NCBI RefSeq assembly: GCF_963921235.1 | Contig: NC_086097.1 | Location: 141,734,001 to 141,798,000 of the forward strand | Source of the DNA: Mobula hypostoma | Lineage: Eukaryota | Direction: 5' to 3' | DNA length: 64,000 bases | Shown: piece after piece, positions 26,701 through 39,522 of the stretch | Position numbering within the stretch: the first letter of the stretch is position 1 | How the letters are laid out: every line of letters starts with the position of its first letter | Position numbers and translations under genes: made by a program | The notes under the pieces: generated by a model | What the model was told of the DNA's origin: nothing | Seen by the model: only the letters and a program-made list of their open reading frames with translations | The model's database searches: none

Positions 26701-27544
26701 AGAATTGCAGACCTGTTAAAGATGCCAGGAGGAGGGGAGGAGAGATGATGAAAAAAGGATTTTGAAGATGGACACTTAAAATTTGAACTTTCTTGGAGCT
26801 ATTACATTTGAACAATGAGTGATCTCGAATTGGTGTAGGAGGGGCAATGTTGAATTTGATGGTGATTAAATAATCTTGTTTGAAGCAATCAGACTGAAGG
26901 AAGTGGCTGAAATTCTGAATGTTTTTCTTGTGTCAGGAAAATTAGGGTTGGAGGCTCAATTTATGAACAAACACAATTTTAATGTCTGATTAAGGTTCAA
27001 CCTCAAAGGATGTATAGGAGAATGTGGTGGGTGATTAAAAATATGGAGTTCAGGTGAGGAATGAATTATCTGAATAGTGGGGTGAAATCTCACTGTTGCC
27101 AAAATAAAAAACACGATTGATGGAATGGAAAGGTGTTTTGTACGGCATTTGTTTATGCTGTACCTGATTTGAGATTATGTTATACTGATTCTTGGGCATA
27201 TGAAATGGTGAAAAGGTTGATATCCATATTTATGCTGCATAGATATTTTTTAAAGTACATTGTTTGGATGCTGTCTGGTTTCAAATGGACAGTCATTGAC
27301 TAGAGCCTCGAGCATCTTCCGGCAAATGGTACTGATAGAGGTGGGAGTGGGGAAGAAAGGAAAATGAGCCTGTCATTTTTGCTTTTTCAAATATTAACAT
27401 CGCTTATGTAGAATTAATTGATGTGGACCTAAAAGGCCTATGGCTAAGAGCAACCACCAGTCCCATTGAATGTCTCAGGAGGGTTAACCTTATCTCAGGA
27501 CAGTAGGACCATTTTTTTTCCCTCAATTCAGAATGTGCTGTTCC

Positions 27545-29380
27545 AACAAATCTGTTGGATTACTTTGAGGAAATAACAGGCAGGATAGACAAAGAGGAGT
27601 CAGTGGATGCTGTATACTTGGATTTTCAGAAGTCCTTTGAAAATACGCTGCACATGAGGCTGCCAAACAAGTTAGGAACACATGGTATTACAGGAAAGAT
27701 ACTAGCATGGACAGGAGATTTGGATGACTGGCAGATGGCAAATTGTGGGAATAAAGGGGGCCTTTTCTGGGTGGTTGCTGTGACTAGTGATGTTCCACAG
27801 GTGTTGGTGCTAGGTCCATTGTTTTTAACATTATGTTAATTGTCTAGATCAGGGGTCCCCTACCTTTTTTGCACTGCGGACCGGTTTAATACTGACAATA
27901 TTCTTGCGGACCGGCCGACCCGGGGGGTGGGGGGGTGGTAGGGTTGCCAACGGACAAGAGTAGCAGTCATATACGTTGTGTTTACCCCAGAAAGACTACA
28001 ATGAGCATGAAGCCTTGCGTGGGCACCTGTGTACGCATGCACAACTGGCGCATGCGTGTACCTGACAATTTTTTTCTAAAAATTGTTTTTAGCGATTCTG
28101 TTTTGGGGGGGGGCTGTTAATCACGAACGGAATATAGGTGATAAGTGTCTAATACAATCAATTTCATTTCTAAAAGGGTTTTTTCCAACGAGTTTAATAT
28201 TAAACACAGTGCATATTTTCCTGACATGAATATACTGATAAATCAATTATCAGGGGAGGACAGGGGCTTGAAGTAAGTGTTGAACGAACTTCCAGCAGAA
28301 GTGGTAGACACAGGTTCGATATTATCATTTAAAGAAAATTTGGATAGGTATATGGACAGGAAAGGAATGGAGGGTTATGGGCTGAGTGCAGGTTGGTGGG
28401 ACTAGGTGAGAGAAGCGTTCCGCATGGACTAGCAGGGCAGAGATGGCCCGTTTCCGTGCTGTAATTGCTATATGGTTATATAAGTCACTTATAATCTATA
28501 GCATCATAACATTTTAAGTAATGTTTGGATATTAAACACACAGCACATATTTTCCTCGTATGAACAAATAAAATCATTGCAACACACTAATATCGTTGAA
28601 TTAGTGGGAGCCCTGGGCTTGTTTCCCTGCAACGAGACGGTCCTATCGAAGGTTGGTGGGAAACAGCGATACTCGAAGGGGGTTCCTTATGTCCAGTCTA
28701 TTCCGCAATTTAGTTTTCGTTGCATTCATTGCAGAAAACTCCGCTTCGCAGCAAAATGTTGGAAATGGAAGCAACGTTTTCAGTGCTTTCGTGGCTACCT
28801 CACGATATTTAGCCTTGACTTTGATCCAGAATGCTGGCAGAGATGTTATGTCAAAACATACTTTTCAGGCTGCTGTCATTTGCAAGCTCGAGGAGTTGAT
28901 CTTCTTCCCGTGCTGACATGGATGACGCGCGGGTAATGACCGCGCGTGTTCAAAATCAACAGTGGCCGTAACAGGGAATGAGGAAAGGTGCAGCTGACTC
29001 ATCGCCAAATCATATCGTTTCCTCGTGGCCCGGTAGCGCAAGCTTTGCGGCCCGGTGGTTGGGGACCGCTGGTCTAGATGACGGAATGGCTTTGTAAGTC
29101 ATGTTTGCAAATGATATGAAGGATAGGTGGAGGGGAAGGTAGTGTTGAAGAAACACAGCCTGCGAAGGATGTGGGCAGATTAGGAGAATGTGCAAAGAAG
29201 TTGCAGATGGAAGTGTATGGTCATGCACTTTGGTAGAAGGAATAAAGGCGTATACTGTTGTGAACTGCACATGACTGATATAGACCATGTGTAGGCAGAT
29301 GTGCTATTTACGTTGCCATCATGGTTAGGAATAGATATCTTGGGCCAAAGAGTCTGTTCCTGTGCTGTACTATTCTGTTT
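27545..29380 (+). mobile_element. Decayed CR1 RT fragment split by a hAT element
   Basis: YLDFQKSFE and DVPQVLVLGPLF motifs before the insert; FANDMK after it. Confidence 0.75.
27850..29071 (-). mobile_element. Non-autonomous hAT (Charlie/Buster) element with a transposase C-terminal remnant and an internal CR1 3' end
   Basis: TIRs caggggtcccc / ggggaccgctg; perfect TSD GTCTAGAT at 27842-27849 and 29072-29079. Minus strand 28601-28915 encodes EEDQLLELAND...SLPAFWIKVK...ALKTLLPFPT...CEAEFSAM..TKTKLRNRLD...KQAQGSH*. Confidence 0.92.
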
Positions 29381-29419
29381 TTAAATTGAGTCCCTAAGAA
29401 TTTTTTTTTGTGTAGTTTC

Positions 29420-30480
29420 CATGCTACTAATGTATGGAAATTGCCCTTTTTGAATAAGGGAACAACATTACTTGCTCTCCAGTCTTCTGGTACCCCACCC
29501 AAGGCTAAAGATGAAAACAAGATTTTCATCAGAACCTCAGCAATATCCTCCTTTTCTTCCTATAACTCTCATTCCCAAGGCAAGTTATCCACCTTAACGT
29601 ATAGTATTATTTCTAATACTGCCAATTCGCTCCATGGAGGAGTCATGTATGTGAGGTGAGGTGAGGAGTGGTCAGCCTGCACCTTCCTAAAGTCTACAAT
29701 CATCTCTTTAGTCTTGTCCACATTGACTCAAGTTGTGTTTGCACCATTCTACTAGCCATTCTACCTTCTTTCTGTATTCCATCTCATCTTTGTTGTTGAT
29801 GTCAACCGCTGTTGTCATCAGCAAACTTGACTCAATTTGAACTGGATCTAGTAGTACTATTGAAGTCAGCTATCTCTAATTTAAGACCTTAACTCCAGGT
29901 TCAAGCTTAGCCTTTTCTGTGACTACTTTTAAAACTTATGGAATTGTGGTCACAGTTCACTAAGGGTTGCTCCACTGGCACTTCTACCATTTGCTCATTT
30001 TCATTTCCTAAAATATGTTTGTGTACAGCTCTATAGGCCTCTCTGCATGGTGCTTTTGAAACTCCTTTCTGGGGACATTTCACACATTCTGCCCCATTAA
30101 GACCTATGCTAAGGCATCCCAGCAAATAGTGGGGAAGTTAAAATCACGTTAAAATCACCTACTATTTCAGCCCTGTTGTTTTTATTTGCAACTGATTTTT
30201 GTCCATGTATTTGTTCTTCTAAACTTTGGAGGCCTACAGTATAATCCCATGAAAGTGATCACCCATTCCTTATACCTTAGTTGTACCCATAAATTTGCTG
30301 ATTCTCCAGAATATCCTTCCTGAATACTCATGCTCTTTCTGATCAGCAATGCAGCACCTCCTCCATTGTTGATAACCCCACCCCTGTCACAACTAAACAT
30401 TGAACTGCCATACCTGCCCTTTGCTCCGGCATGCTTTTGTATTTGCCGTGATATCATAAACCCATATGTTGGCATACACT
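29420..30480 (-). mobile_element. Decayed CR1 fragments with an embedded Rex1 RT fragment (~29640-29870)
   Basis: VPEDWRASNVVPLFKKG, CDHNSISF and LYCRPP motifs; KFADD-like and IVDFRK segments in the embedded part. Confidence 0.65.
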
Positions 30481-30531
30481 TCAGCTAAAAAGGCAGTGTT
30501 GATACTAAGATAAGTGATTTTTAGATAGGGT

Positions 30532-30692
30532 AAACATGAGGAAATCTGCAGATGCTGGAAATTCAAGCAACACACATAAAAAAAAGTTGGTGAATGCAGC
30601 AGGCCAGCCCAGCCGAGACCCAAAATGCCAACTGTACCTCTTCCTATAGATGCTGCCTGGCCTGCTGCATTCACCAGCATTTTTTGTGTGTT
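30532..30692. mobile_element. Penelope pseudo-LTR-derived fragment with an internal inversion
   Basis: ggtgaatgcagcaggccag and its reverse complement ctggcctgctgcattcacc both occur; the same sequence ends the Penelope element at 59405-59450. Confidence 0.75.
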
Positions 30693-30699
30693 ATGAGAA

Positions 30700-31076
30700 A
30701 TTACAGGGGGTCTTCTTCCTACTGCCATTGGGCAAGAGGTACAAGAGTCTTGGGTCCCACACCAGGTTCAGGAACAGTTATTACCCTACAACCATCGGGT
30801 TCCTGAACCAGAGTGAATAACAACAAACCTCTACACTGAACTGACTCCACAACCTATAGACTCACTTTGAACGACTCTAAAACTCAACATTATTTATTTA
30901 TTTATTTATTTATTTATTATTTACATGATTTGGCATCTTTTGCACATTGTCAGTCTTTTTGTTACTTTTTCATGAATGTTACTGTATTTTTTTCCTATAA
31001 ATGCTTGAAAAAATTAAACTCAATGCAGTATATGGTGTCATACACTATGCATACTTTGATAATAAATTTACTTTGA
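30700..31076 (+). mobile_element. Rex1-type 3' fragment
   Basis: ctactgccattgggcaagaggtacaagagt...aggttcaggaacagttatt; ends gataataaatttactttga. Confidence 0.65.
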
Positions 31077-31169
31077 TCAGCTAGGTATATGAGTTGAGGC
31101 TTTCAATCCAGTTATGTCATATTCTGCAATTTGGTAGATCAAACCAGAGTAGGACAGTGAATAACGGGA

Positions 31170-32640
31170 GTCATGGAAAACTACAGCACAGAAACAGGGC
31201 CTTTGGCTCATCAAGTCCATGCCTAACCATTTAAACTGCCTGTTCCCATCAACCTGCACCTGGACAATAGTCCTCCATGTCCCTCCTATCCATGTATCTA
31301 TCCAAACTTCTCTTAAACTTTGAAATTGAAATCGCATCGACCACTTGCACTGGCAGCTTGTTCCACACTCTCACAAACTCTGAGTGAAGAAGATTCCCCT
31401 CCTGTTCCCATTGCACATTTCACCTTTCACCATTAACCCATGACCTCTAGTTGTCTCACCCAACCTCAGTCGAAAAAGCCTGCTTGCATTTACCCTATCT
31501 ATACCCCTCATAATTTTGTATATCTCTATCAAATCTCTCCTTTATCTTCTACATTCTGTGAAATAAAGTCCTAATCTTTTCAATCTTTCCTTGTAACTCA
31601 GGTACTCCAATCCAGGTATCATTCTCGTAAATTTTCTCTGTACTCTTTTGATAGATAGATAGATATACTTTATTGATCCCGAGGGAAATTGGGTTTTGTT
31701 ACAGCTGCACCAACCAAGAATAGAGCATAAATATAGCAATACAAAAAACCACAAACAATCAAACAACAAAATGCAAACTATGCCAGATGGAAATAAGTCC
31801 AGGACCAGTCTATTGGCTCAGGGTGTCTGACCCTCCACGGGAGGAGCTGCAAAGTTCGATGGACACAGGCAGGAACAACCTCCCGTGACACCTAGTGTTG
31901 TATCTTGGTGGAATATGGCCGGGGTCCATCAGCAAAAAGTTCAATATCTGGTCTACAAACACGTTCCTCGGTCGTAATATGACCCGGATTGCACCATCCG
32001 TTGTTAACCAGAACAGTAAGCACCCAACTCCTTTAAGCTTACCGCTCTCAGTGCACTTCCGGTCAGCCGAATGGTCTGGAAGCCGTCCATGGAAAAGATT
32101 TGATCGGGTATGTCCTCGTGTAGCTCTGTTCCAGTAAAGCACATAACACTGCACTCCCGAAATGTTCTCTGACGCCTGGCTAGCGCCGTGAACTCGTCCA
32201 TTTTTTCACCCACCGAACTCCCCTTCTCCGTAAGTCTCTGTTGTCTCGACCCGGTCCTCTTTCCTCGCCTTTGTGATCCCCCTCTGCATCCTCTGTGTGT
32301 TTTCAATCTTATTTACATCTTTCCTCTAGGAAGGTGACCAAAACTCCACACAATACTCCAAATTAGACCTCACCAATGTTTTATACAACTTAAACATAAT
32401 ATCCCCACACTTGTACTCAATACTTTAATCTATGAAGATCAATGTACCAAAAGCTTTCTTTATGACCCTATCTACCTGTGACGTCACTTTCAGTGAATTG
32501 TGGACCTCTATTCCCAGATCCCTTTGTTCTACCACACTCCTCAGTGCCCTACCACTCACTGTGTAAGACCTACCCTGGTTGGTCCTCCCAAAGTGCAACA
32601 CCTTACACTTCTCTGTATTAAATTCTGTCTGCCATCTTTT
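31170..32640 (-). mobile_element. CR1 3' portion, split at ~31650-32300
   Basis: WQTEFNTEKCKVLHFG and RVQRKFTRMIPGL motifs; CR1-type 3' end near 31170. Confidence 0.85.
31650..32300 (-). mobile_element. Internally deleted Rex1-like element: endonuclease N-terminus joined to the 3' tail
   Basis: KMDEFTALAR..RECSVMCFTGTELH..DGFQTIR motif; 3' end tcgggatcaataaagtat(atct)n. Confidence 0.75.
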
Positions 32641-32649
32641 AGTGTTATG

Positions 32650-34010
32650 GTAAAAAGGGACCCAAGAGTCCAAGTGTAGAGTTCACTTAAAGCAGCATCA
32701 CAGGTAGATAGGGTATTGAAGGTGTTTGACACAGTTGCCTTTAGTCAGGACATTTGAGTATAGGAGTTCGGAAGTGTAACGCTCAGCTATATTGGCTCGT
32801 ATATATCTAGGGGAAATCCCGCCTGGCGCCCGCCTGGACACCTCCAGTTAGATTGGTTGCTGCACCATTGCCACCCAAATCAATCCCAAACAGCAATCAT
32901 CAGCCAGCACATACAGTACGTTTTACCAAGTACACTTTATAGATATTACTAAGTCTATGAAATTAATATAAGTTCGATACAGAAAAAGAAGGAATATAAA
33001 AAGGCGCCAGACTTATCAAAGTTCAAGTTCTTCGTGCACAAGTTGGAGCTCAGGAAGTTCTTCAGGACCACCCGGACCCCGTCGACTCGCGGCTCGGGGC
33101 CACCCGGACCCCGTCGGCGCGCGGCTCGGGGCCACCTGGACCCCGTCGACTCGCTGCTCGGGACCACCCAGAGTGATCAACCGGAGCCTTCCCACGTGTC
33201 CGTCGTCCTCCCCGTCTCTCGTCCGACTCCCTGCCAAAAACCCCCGTTCCCAGTCATATGAGACAGCATTATCACCCCAAGAGATAATAACATGGACACC
33301 CATTGGCTAATAGCACCCTGCTGTCTGTATTAACCCAAGTAAATGTCTAGCTAGAGACTTTCTCAGCATTTAACATAACATAGAAGCCATTTTAATCCAC
33401 ATACGCAGCAGTTTAAAAAATTAACATAACAAAGAAGCCATTTTAAATTTAACATATAAAGAAGAAACCCCGTACAGAAGTTATGCTGCAGTTACACAAG
33501 ATGTTGATAAGGCCACTTTTGGAGTATAGTGTGCCATTTTGCTCACCCTTTTTTATATAAAAGGTGTTATTAAACTAGAAAGTATACGGGAAAGATTTAC
33601 TAGGATGTTTCCCTGACTTGTGGGGTGCTGAGTTACAAGGAGAGGCTGCATAGACTAGGACTGTATTCCCTGGAATGTAGGAAAATGAGGAGTGATCTCA
33701 TAGAGTTATAGATGAAGTGGAAGTATATTGTCTTTTTCCCAGGGAGGGGTTCCTAGAAACAAAAAGTCACCGAAGGCGAGAGACTTAAGAACCATTAGAG
33801 CAGCTTTGTTACACAAAGGGTGATGTGGATTTGGAATGATCCACCAGAAATAGTGGTTAAGGTGGACACATTAGCAACAATAAAAAGCCATCTAAAAAAC
33901 TGCAGAGATCTGAAAGGGGTAGATGGCTCTGGGCCAAATGTGGGCATTTGGGCAACAGTCAGCCTAAAGGAATTGGGCTGAAGGGCCTGGTTTGTTCTTT
34001 TTCTTTGCTG
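32650..34010 (+). mobile_element. Decayed CR1 3' fragment hosting the solo LTR
   Basis: gagtataggagttcggaag|ttatgctgcag continuity; LEYSVPF and RFTRMFP-like segments. Confidence 0.7.
32775..33476. mobile_element. 702-bp solo LTR
   Basis: Starts TGTA and ends TACA; perfect 4-bp TSD GAAG at 32771-32774 and 33477-33480; interrupts a CR1 fragment; contains internal tandem repeats. Confidence 0.85.
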
Positions 34011-34049
34011 CAAGTCTCCTTGTAAATGCAGTTAAACTTATCATGTGGT

Positions 34050-36525
34050 TGTCACCACATACAACCCTGAGATTCTTTTTCTGTGGGCCTACTCAGCAAA
34101 TCTAAGGAATAGTAGCCAAAAAACAGGATCTGTAAACTGTTAAACATCAGGGACTATAAATAAACTGCAAATGCAGATAAATAATGAGCATGAAATAACA
34201 ATACAAGTGTCCTTAAATGAGGGTTGTTATCCCCTTTTGTTCAAGGGCCTGATGGTTGAGGGGTAGTAACTGCTCCTGAACGGTGGTGCGAGTCTTGAGG
34301 CATCTTTACCTCCTATCTGATGGCAGCAGTGCAAAAGGAGCATGGCCTGGGTGGTGGGGATCCTTGATGATGGATGCTGCTTTTCTATGACAACTTTTCA
34401 TATAGATGTGCTCAGTGGTTGAGAGGGCTTTGCCTGTGATGTACTGGGCTGAAACCACTATCTTTTGTAGGATTTTCTGTTCAAAGGCATTGGTGTTCCC
34501 AAGTCAGGCCATAGTGCAGCCAGTCAGCACTCTTTTCACCACACATCTATAGAAGTTTGCTAACGTTTTTGATGACATGCTGAATCTCCTCTGACTCATG
34601 AGGAAGTAGAGGCGCTGTCGTGTTTTCTTTGCAATTATATTTATCTGATGGGTCCAGGACAGATCCTCTGAGATGGTGATACCCAGGAATTCAAAGTTAC
34701 TGACCCTCTCCACCTCTGATCATCTGATGATTACTGGCTCATAGACCTCTGGTTTCCTTCTCCTGAAGTCTACAATCAGTTCCTTGGTCTCACTGATATT
34801 GAGTGAGAAGTTGTCATTATCCACCATTGTTCCTGTACCGAAAAAGACCAAGGTAACATACCTGAATTACTGGCGTCCTGTCGCGCTCAACTCAATAATA
34901 AGCAAATGCTTTGAGACTGGTCAAGGACTACATCTGCAGCATGCTGCCACCCAAACTGGATCCCCTACAATTTGCCTACTGACATAACTGATTGACAGAC
35001 AACGTAATAGCCACTGCTCTACATACTGTCCTTACAAATCAGGAGAAGAAGGATGTTTATGTGAGAATGCTGTTCTTGGACTACAGTTCACCTTTCAACA
35101 CCATAATTCCCTCCAGGATCCACAAGAAGCTCAGAGACCTCGGCCTTGGCCCTACCTTGTGCAGCTGGAACCTGGATTTCTTGTCAAATTGCCAGCAGGT
35201 GGTAAGAATGGGCTCCCTCACATCCACCCCGCTGGCTCTCAACACAAATGCCCCTCAGGACTGTGTACTAAGTCGCTTCTTTTACTCCCTGTATACCCAT
35301 GACTGTGTCACCACCCATAGCTCTAATCTGCTAATTAAATTTGCCGGTGACACTACATTGATTGGCCTTATCTCAAACAATAATGAGGTGGCCTATAGGG
35401 AAGAAGTCATCTCTCTGACACAGTGGTGTCAAGAAAACCTCTCCCTAAATGTCGCAAAAACAGAGGAGTTGTTTGTGGATTAAAGGAGGAATGGGGATGG
35501 GCTAACCTCTATTGACATCAATGGATCTGGGGTTGAGAGGATAAACAGCTTTAAGTTCCTCGGCATCCACATCACCGAGGACCTCATATGGACTGTACAC
35601 ACCAGCTGTGTGGTGGAAAAAGGCACAACAGTGCTTCTTTCACCTCAGACGGTTGAGGAAGTTTGGTATGGGCCCCCAAATCCTAAGAACTTTCTACAGG
35701 GCCACGATTGAGAGCATCCTGACTTGCTGCATTACTGCCTGATATGGGAACTGTACCTCCCTTAATTGCAGGACTCTGCAGAGAGTGGTGCGGACAGCCT
35801 AGCACATCTCTAGTTGTGAACTTCCCTTGATTCAGGACATTTACAAAAACAGTTGTGAAAAAGGGCCCGCAGGATCATTGTGGACCCGAGTCACCTCAAT
35901 CACAATCTATTCCAACTGCTACCATCCGGGAAATGGTACCGCAGCATAAAAGCCAAGACCCTCAGGCTCCAGGACAGCTTCTTCTGCCAGGCCACCAGAC
36001 TGATTAACTCACGCTGATTTGAGTGTATTTCTATGTTACATTGACTGTTCTATTTATTATAAATTACTATGATTGCACATTGCACAGTTAGACAGAGACG
36101 TAACATAAAGATTTTTACTCCTCATGTATGTGAAGGATGTAAGAAATAAAGTCAATTCAATTCAGTACTCCAATTGGTCAAGTTTTCAGTCTCCCTCCTG
36201 AATGCTGATTCATCACCATCTTTGATACAGCCCACAACAGTGGTGTCATCAACAAACTTGTATATGGTGTTGGAGCTCTACTTAGCCCCGCAGTTGTAGG
36301 TGTAAAGTGAGTAGAGCGGGGAACTAAGTACACATCCCTGTGGCACTCCTGTGCTGATGGAGATTGTGGAGTTTTTGCCAATCTGAACTGGCTGGGGTTT
36401 ACAAGTGAGGAAATCTAGGTTCCAATTCCACAGGGGATATTGAGGCTCAGGTCTTGTAATTTACTGATTATTTCTGAGGGAATGATGGTGTTAAATACTG
36501 AGCTGTAATCAGTAAAGAGTATTCA
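34050..36525 (-). mobile_element. Rex1/Babar LINE (34050-34815 and 36165-36525) split by another Rex1
   Basis: ERVSNFEFLGITISEDLSW and KKTRQRLYFL motifs; KFVDD segment. Confidence 0.8.
34815..36163 (+). mobile_element. 5'-truncated Rex1/Babar LINE with (TCAAT)n tail
   Basis: IVPVPKK..WRPVAL, RMLFLDYSSPFNTI and KFAGDTT motifs; ends aataaagtcaattcaattca. Confidence 0.88.
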
Positions 36526-36829
36526 CATTCATAGGAGAATCACCAATCCACTAACTGCCATTTCTAAATATTGGACTAGAGAAGAAGGAAAGACGTTAGT
36601 TTGATTTAGCATGGCTTGTTACCACTCAGCCTCCTTGTTGAAAGCTGACCTGTCAAAGCCTCTGTACTTGGACCTCAAGCTCAACACTTTTGATATTTAA
36701 AAAAAAAAAAATTCTGCTAGAGATCCAGCCTTTTTAAAGAAAAAAATAAATTCCTTTCCCTCCTCAAGTCTCAAATTATCATTAAAATACTTCTCATTCA
36801 TGCAAAATAAAATGTTACCTTGATGTAAC

Positions 36830-37971
36830 CTTTAATACCATCATTTCAAATAAACTGATTCCTAAGCTCCGGAACCTGGGCCTTAGCACTCAGATCTACA
36901 GCTGAATCTTCAACTTCCTCGCAGACAGGACCCAGGCTGACAAAATAGGGGACAAGCTCTCCTCTACAATCACTCTGAGCCCCGGTGCCCCACAAGGCTG
37001 TGTACTAGCCCCCTGCTGTACTCACTGTACACCCATGATTGTCTAGCCAAGTTTCCATCAAACTCAATATGTAGGTTTGCTGATGACACAATTGTAGGCC
37101 GTATCTTGAGTAATGATGAGTTTGAGTACAGAGAGGAAATTAAGAACCTGGTGGCATGGTGCGAAGACAATAACCTATCCCTCAATGTCAGCAAGACGAA
37201 GGAATTGGTTGTTGACTTCAGAAGGAGTAGCAGACCACACGACCCAATTTACATCGGTGGTGCGCAAGTGGAACAGGTCAAAAGCTTTAAGTTCCTCGGG
37301 GTCAATATCACAAATGACCTGACTTGGTCCAACCAAGCAGAGTTCACTGCCAAGAAGGCCCACCAGCACCTTTACTTCCTAAGAAAGCTAAAGAAATTTG
37401 GCCTGTCCCCTAAAACCTGCACTAATTTTTATAGATGCACCGTAGAAAGCACTCTTCTAGGGTGCATCACAACCTGGTATGGAAGTTGTCCTGTCCAAGA
37501 CCGGAAGAAGCTGCAGAAGATTGTGAACATGGCGCAGCACATCACACAAACCAATCTTCCGTTCTTGGATTCACTTTACACTGCACGCTGTCGGAGCAGG
37601 CTGCCAGGATAATCAAGGACACGACCCACCCAGCCAACACACTTTTCGTCCCTCTTCCCTCCGGGAGAAGGCTCAGGAGCTTGAAGACTCGTACGGCTAG
37701 ATTTGGGAACAGCTTCTTTCCAACTGTGATAAGACTGCTGAACGGATCCTGACCTGGATCTGGGCCGTACCCTCCAAATATCCAGACCTGCCTCTCGGTT
37801 TTTTTGCACTACATTACTTTCCATTTTTCTATTTTCTATTTATGATTTATAATTTAGATTTTTAATATTATTTTTAATATTTGTAATCCAGGGAGCGGGA
37901 AGCACAGAATCAAATATCGCTGTGATGATTTACGTTCTAGTATCAATTGTTTGGCGACTATAAAGTATAAA
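36830..37971 (+). mobile_element. 5'-truncated Rex1/Babar LINE
   Basis: FADDT, WCEDNNLSLNVSKTKELVVDFRR and KKAHQHLYFLRKLK motifs; ends ctataaagtataaa. Confidence 0.88.
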
Positions 37972-38074
37972 GGATGTATCAGATGTTAACTGGAACTAAG
38001 AAGATAACTGCAGAAAAAGGGGTAATGGGTGATTAATTATTCAGGCTGTTATTCAAACAATCAGCCTTGTTTAA

Positions 38075-38345
38075 AGGTAAATATTAGCTTTATTTGTCAT
38101 GTGCATTGAAATATAAAGTGAAATGTGTTGTTTTGCATCAACGACCAATACTGTCCAAGGATTGTGCTGGGGGCAGCCCACAAGTGTTGTCACAGTCCTG
38201 GCGCCCACATAGCATGCCTATAACTCACTAATTCTTTGGAATGTTGGAGGAAATCCACGCAGCCATGGGGAGATGGTACAAGTTCCTACGGACAATGGCA
38301 GGAATTGATGATTGCTGGCTTTGTAAAGTGATTGCACTAATCACT
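38075..38345 (-). mobile_element. Decayed tRNA-derived SINE (HE1/V-SINE-like)
   Basis: Minus strand contains ctgcgtggatttcctccaacattccaaag (V-domain-like) and ends atgacaaataaagctaat. Confidence 0.55.
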
Positions 38346-38635
38346 AAAGTGTAGATAATTATATCTATTTATAAATATTCATGAATATTGCTCATTTTGT
38401 TCCATAGAAATTCATTGCTTTAAAAGTCCCAGACCTTAATTTTTGGACTTGTTTGGAAGGCTAGTACAAAAATGAAGGCTGATAGTTGAGTACAGGGCTC
38501 TATCAGTCATGCATTAATAGGAGATGCCATCACTGAAAAGACCTAAAATTAAGAATACTAAAGGATGCTGTAGGAATATTTTGAAGAGTGGAATCATAGA
38601 GCAATACAGTACAGGTACAGTAAAGAATTACTTTT

Positions 38636-39056
38636 TTTGGTTTTCTCAGACGATTTTATGTTTGAATTTGGAGAAAATTAGAAGTAACCTTTATGATTCT
38701 TCATTTAAATTTGAACAGATTTGGGGACCTTTTATTCGATATTTTCATTTAATGTAATATTTACCCTTCTTGTTTTTTTTTCACTGTTTTTAATGGAGGT
38801 CGGGATTGAGGACGTGATTTTAAGTTTAACTCTGTTTGGTTTCAAGTTAGCCCATTGCTTTGCTTTGCTTTTAGTTAGCTGCACGGTGGGTTTTTTTTTG
38901 GGGGTTTTTTTTTCTTTTTTTTTCCATTGATATATATAAAATTTAGTATACTATTATATTATCTTGGTTTCTTATGTTTAAATTACATTGTAGTAATTTC
39001 TTTTTGGTATTGATATCTTTTGGAATTTTATTATACTTTAACATTGTAGTAAAAAA
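38636..39056 (+). mobile_element. Short 5'-truncated L1/Tx1 insertion with poly(A) and a 14-bp TSD
   Basis: ORF2 end LNLEKIR...FEQIWGPFI..FHLM*, T-rich 3' UTR and A-tail; TSD aaagaattactttt at 38622-38635 and 39057-39070. Confidence 0.85.
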
Positions 39057-39522
39057 AAAGAATTACTTTTAACATACTGGCATTTGCTGTGAAAATCAAT
39101 GTTACTAAGACAAATAATCTAGTCATCATTATTATTTTCCTGCTTGTAGGAATGTTCTTTGCAGAAATTGGTGACTTGACACATTTTGAAATGTAGTCAC
39201 TAGGGTATAGTACCTTTCAAGAACTTTGGGATCTACTTGGGTTCTAAACATTTGATCCTTCAGCCATTAGTAAAAAACATAAAATTTAAGTTAACTTTGT
39301 GAGGGTCTTTCCATGTTTTTTTACTGAATTAAAGATGATTGTCTACTGATCTGGAAAAGGAACCTGTTAATTTTGGGAAAACTCCTCTAGCTAGAGATGT
39401 AGAGATACTGTTGCACACTCCAACCACTAATCCATGTAATATGAGGAAATTATTGAATTATAGCTTGCCTTTTTATGGCTATTTGGCTAATTTTGGTTTG
39501 AAATGCTTATAGTGATTTAGCC

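Noticed and set aside
33069..33165. ~32-bp repeats as a CRISPR-like array
   Set aside because: Head-to-tail repeats without unique spacers, inside a vertebrate LTR, with no cas genes.
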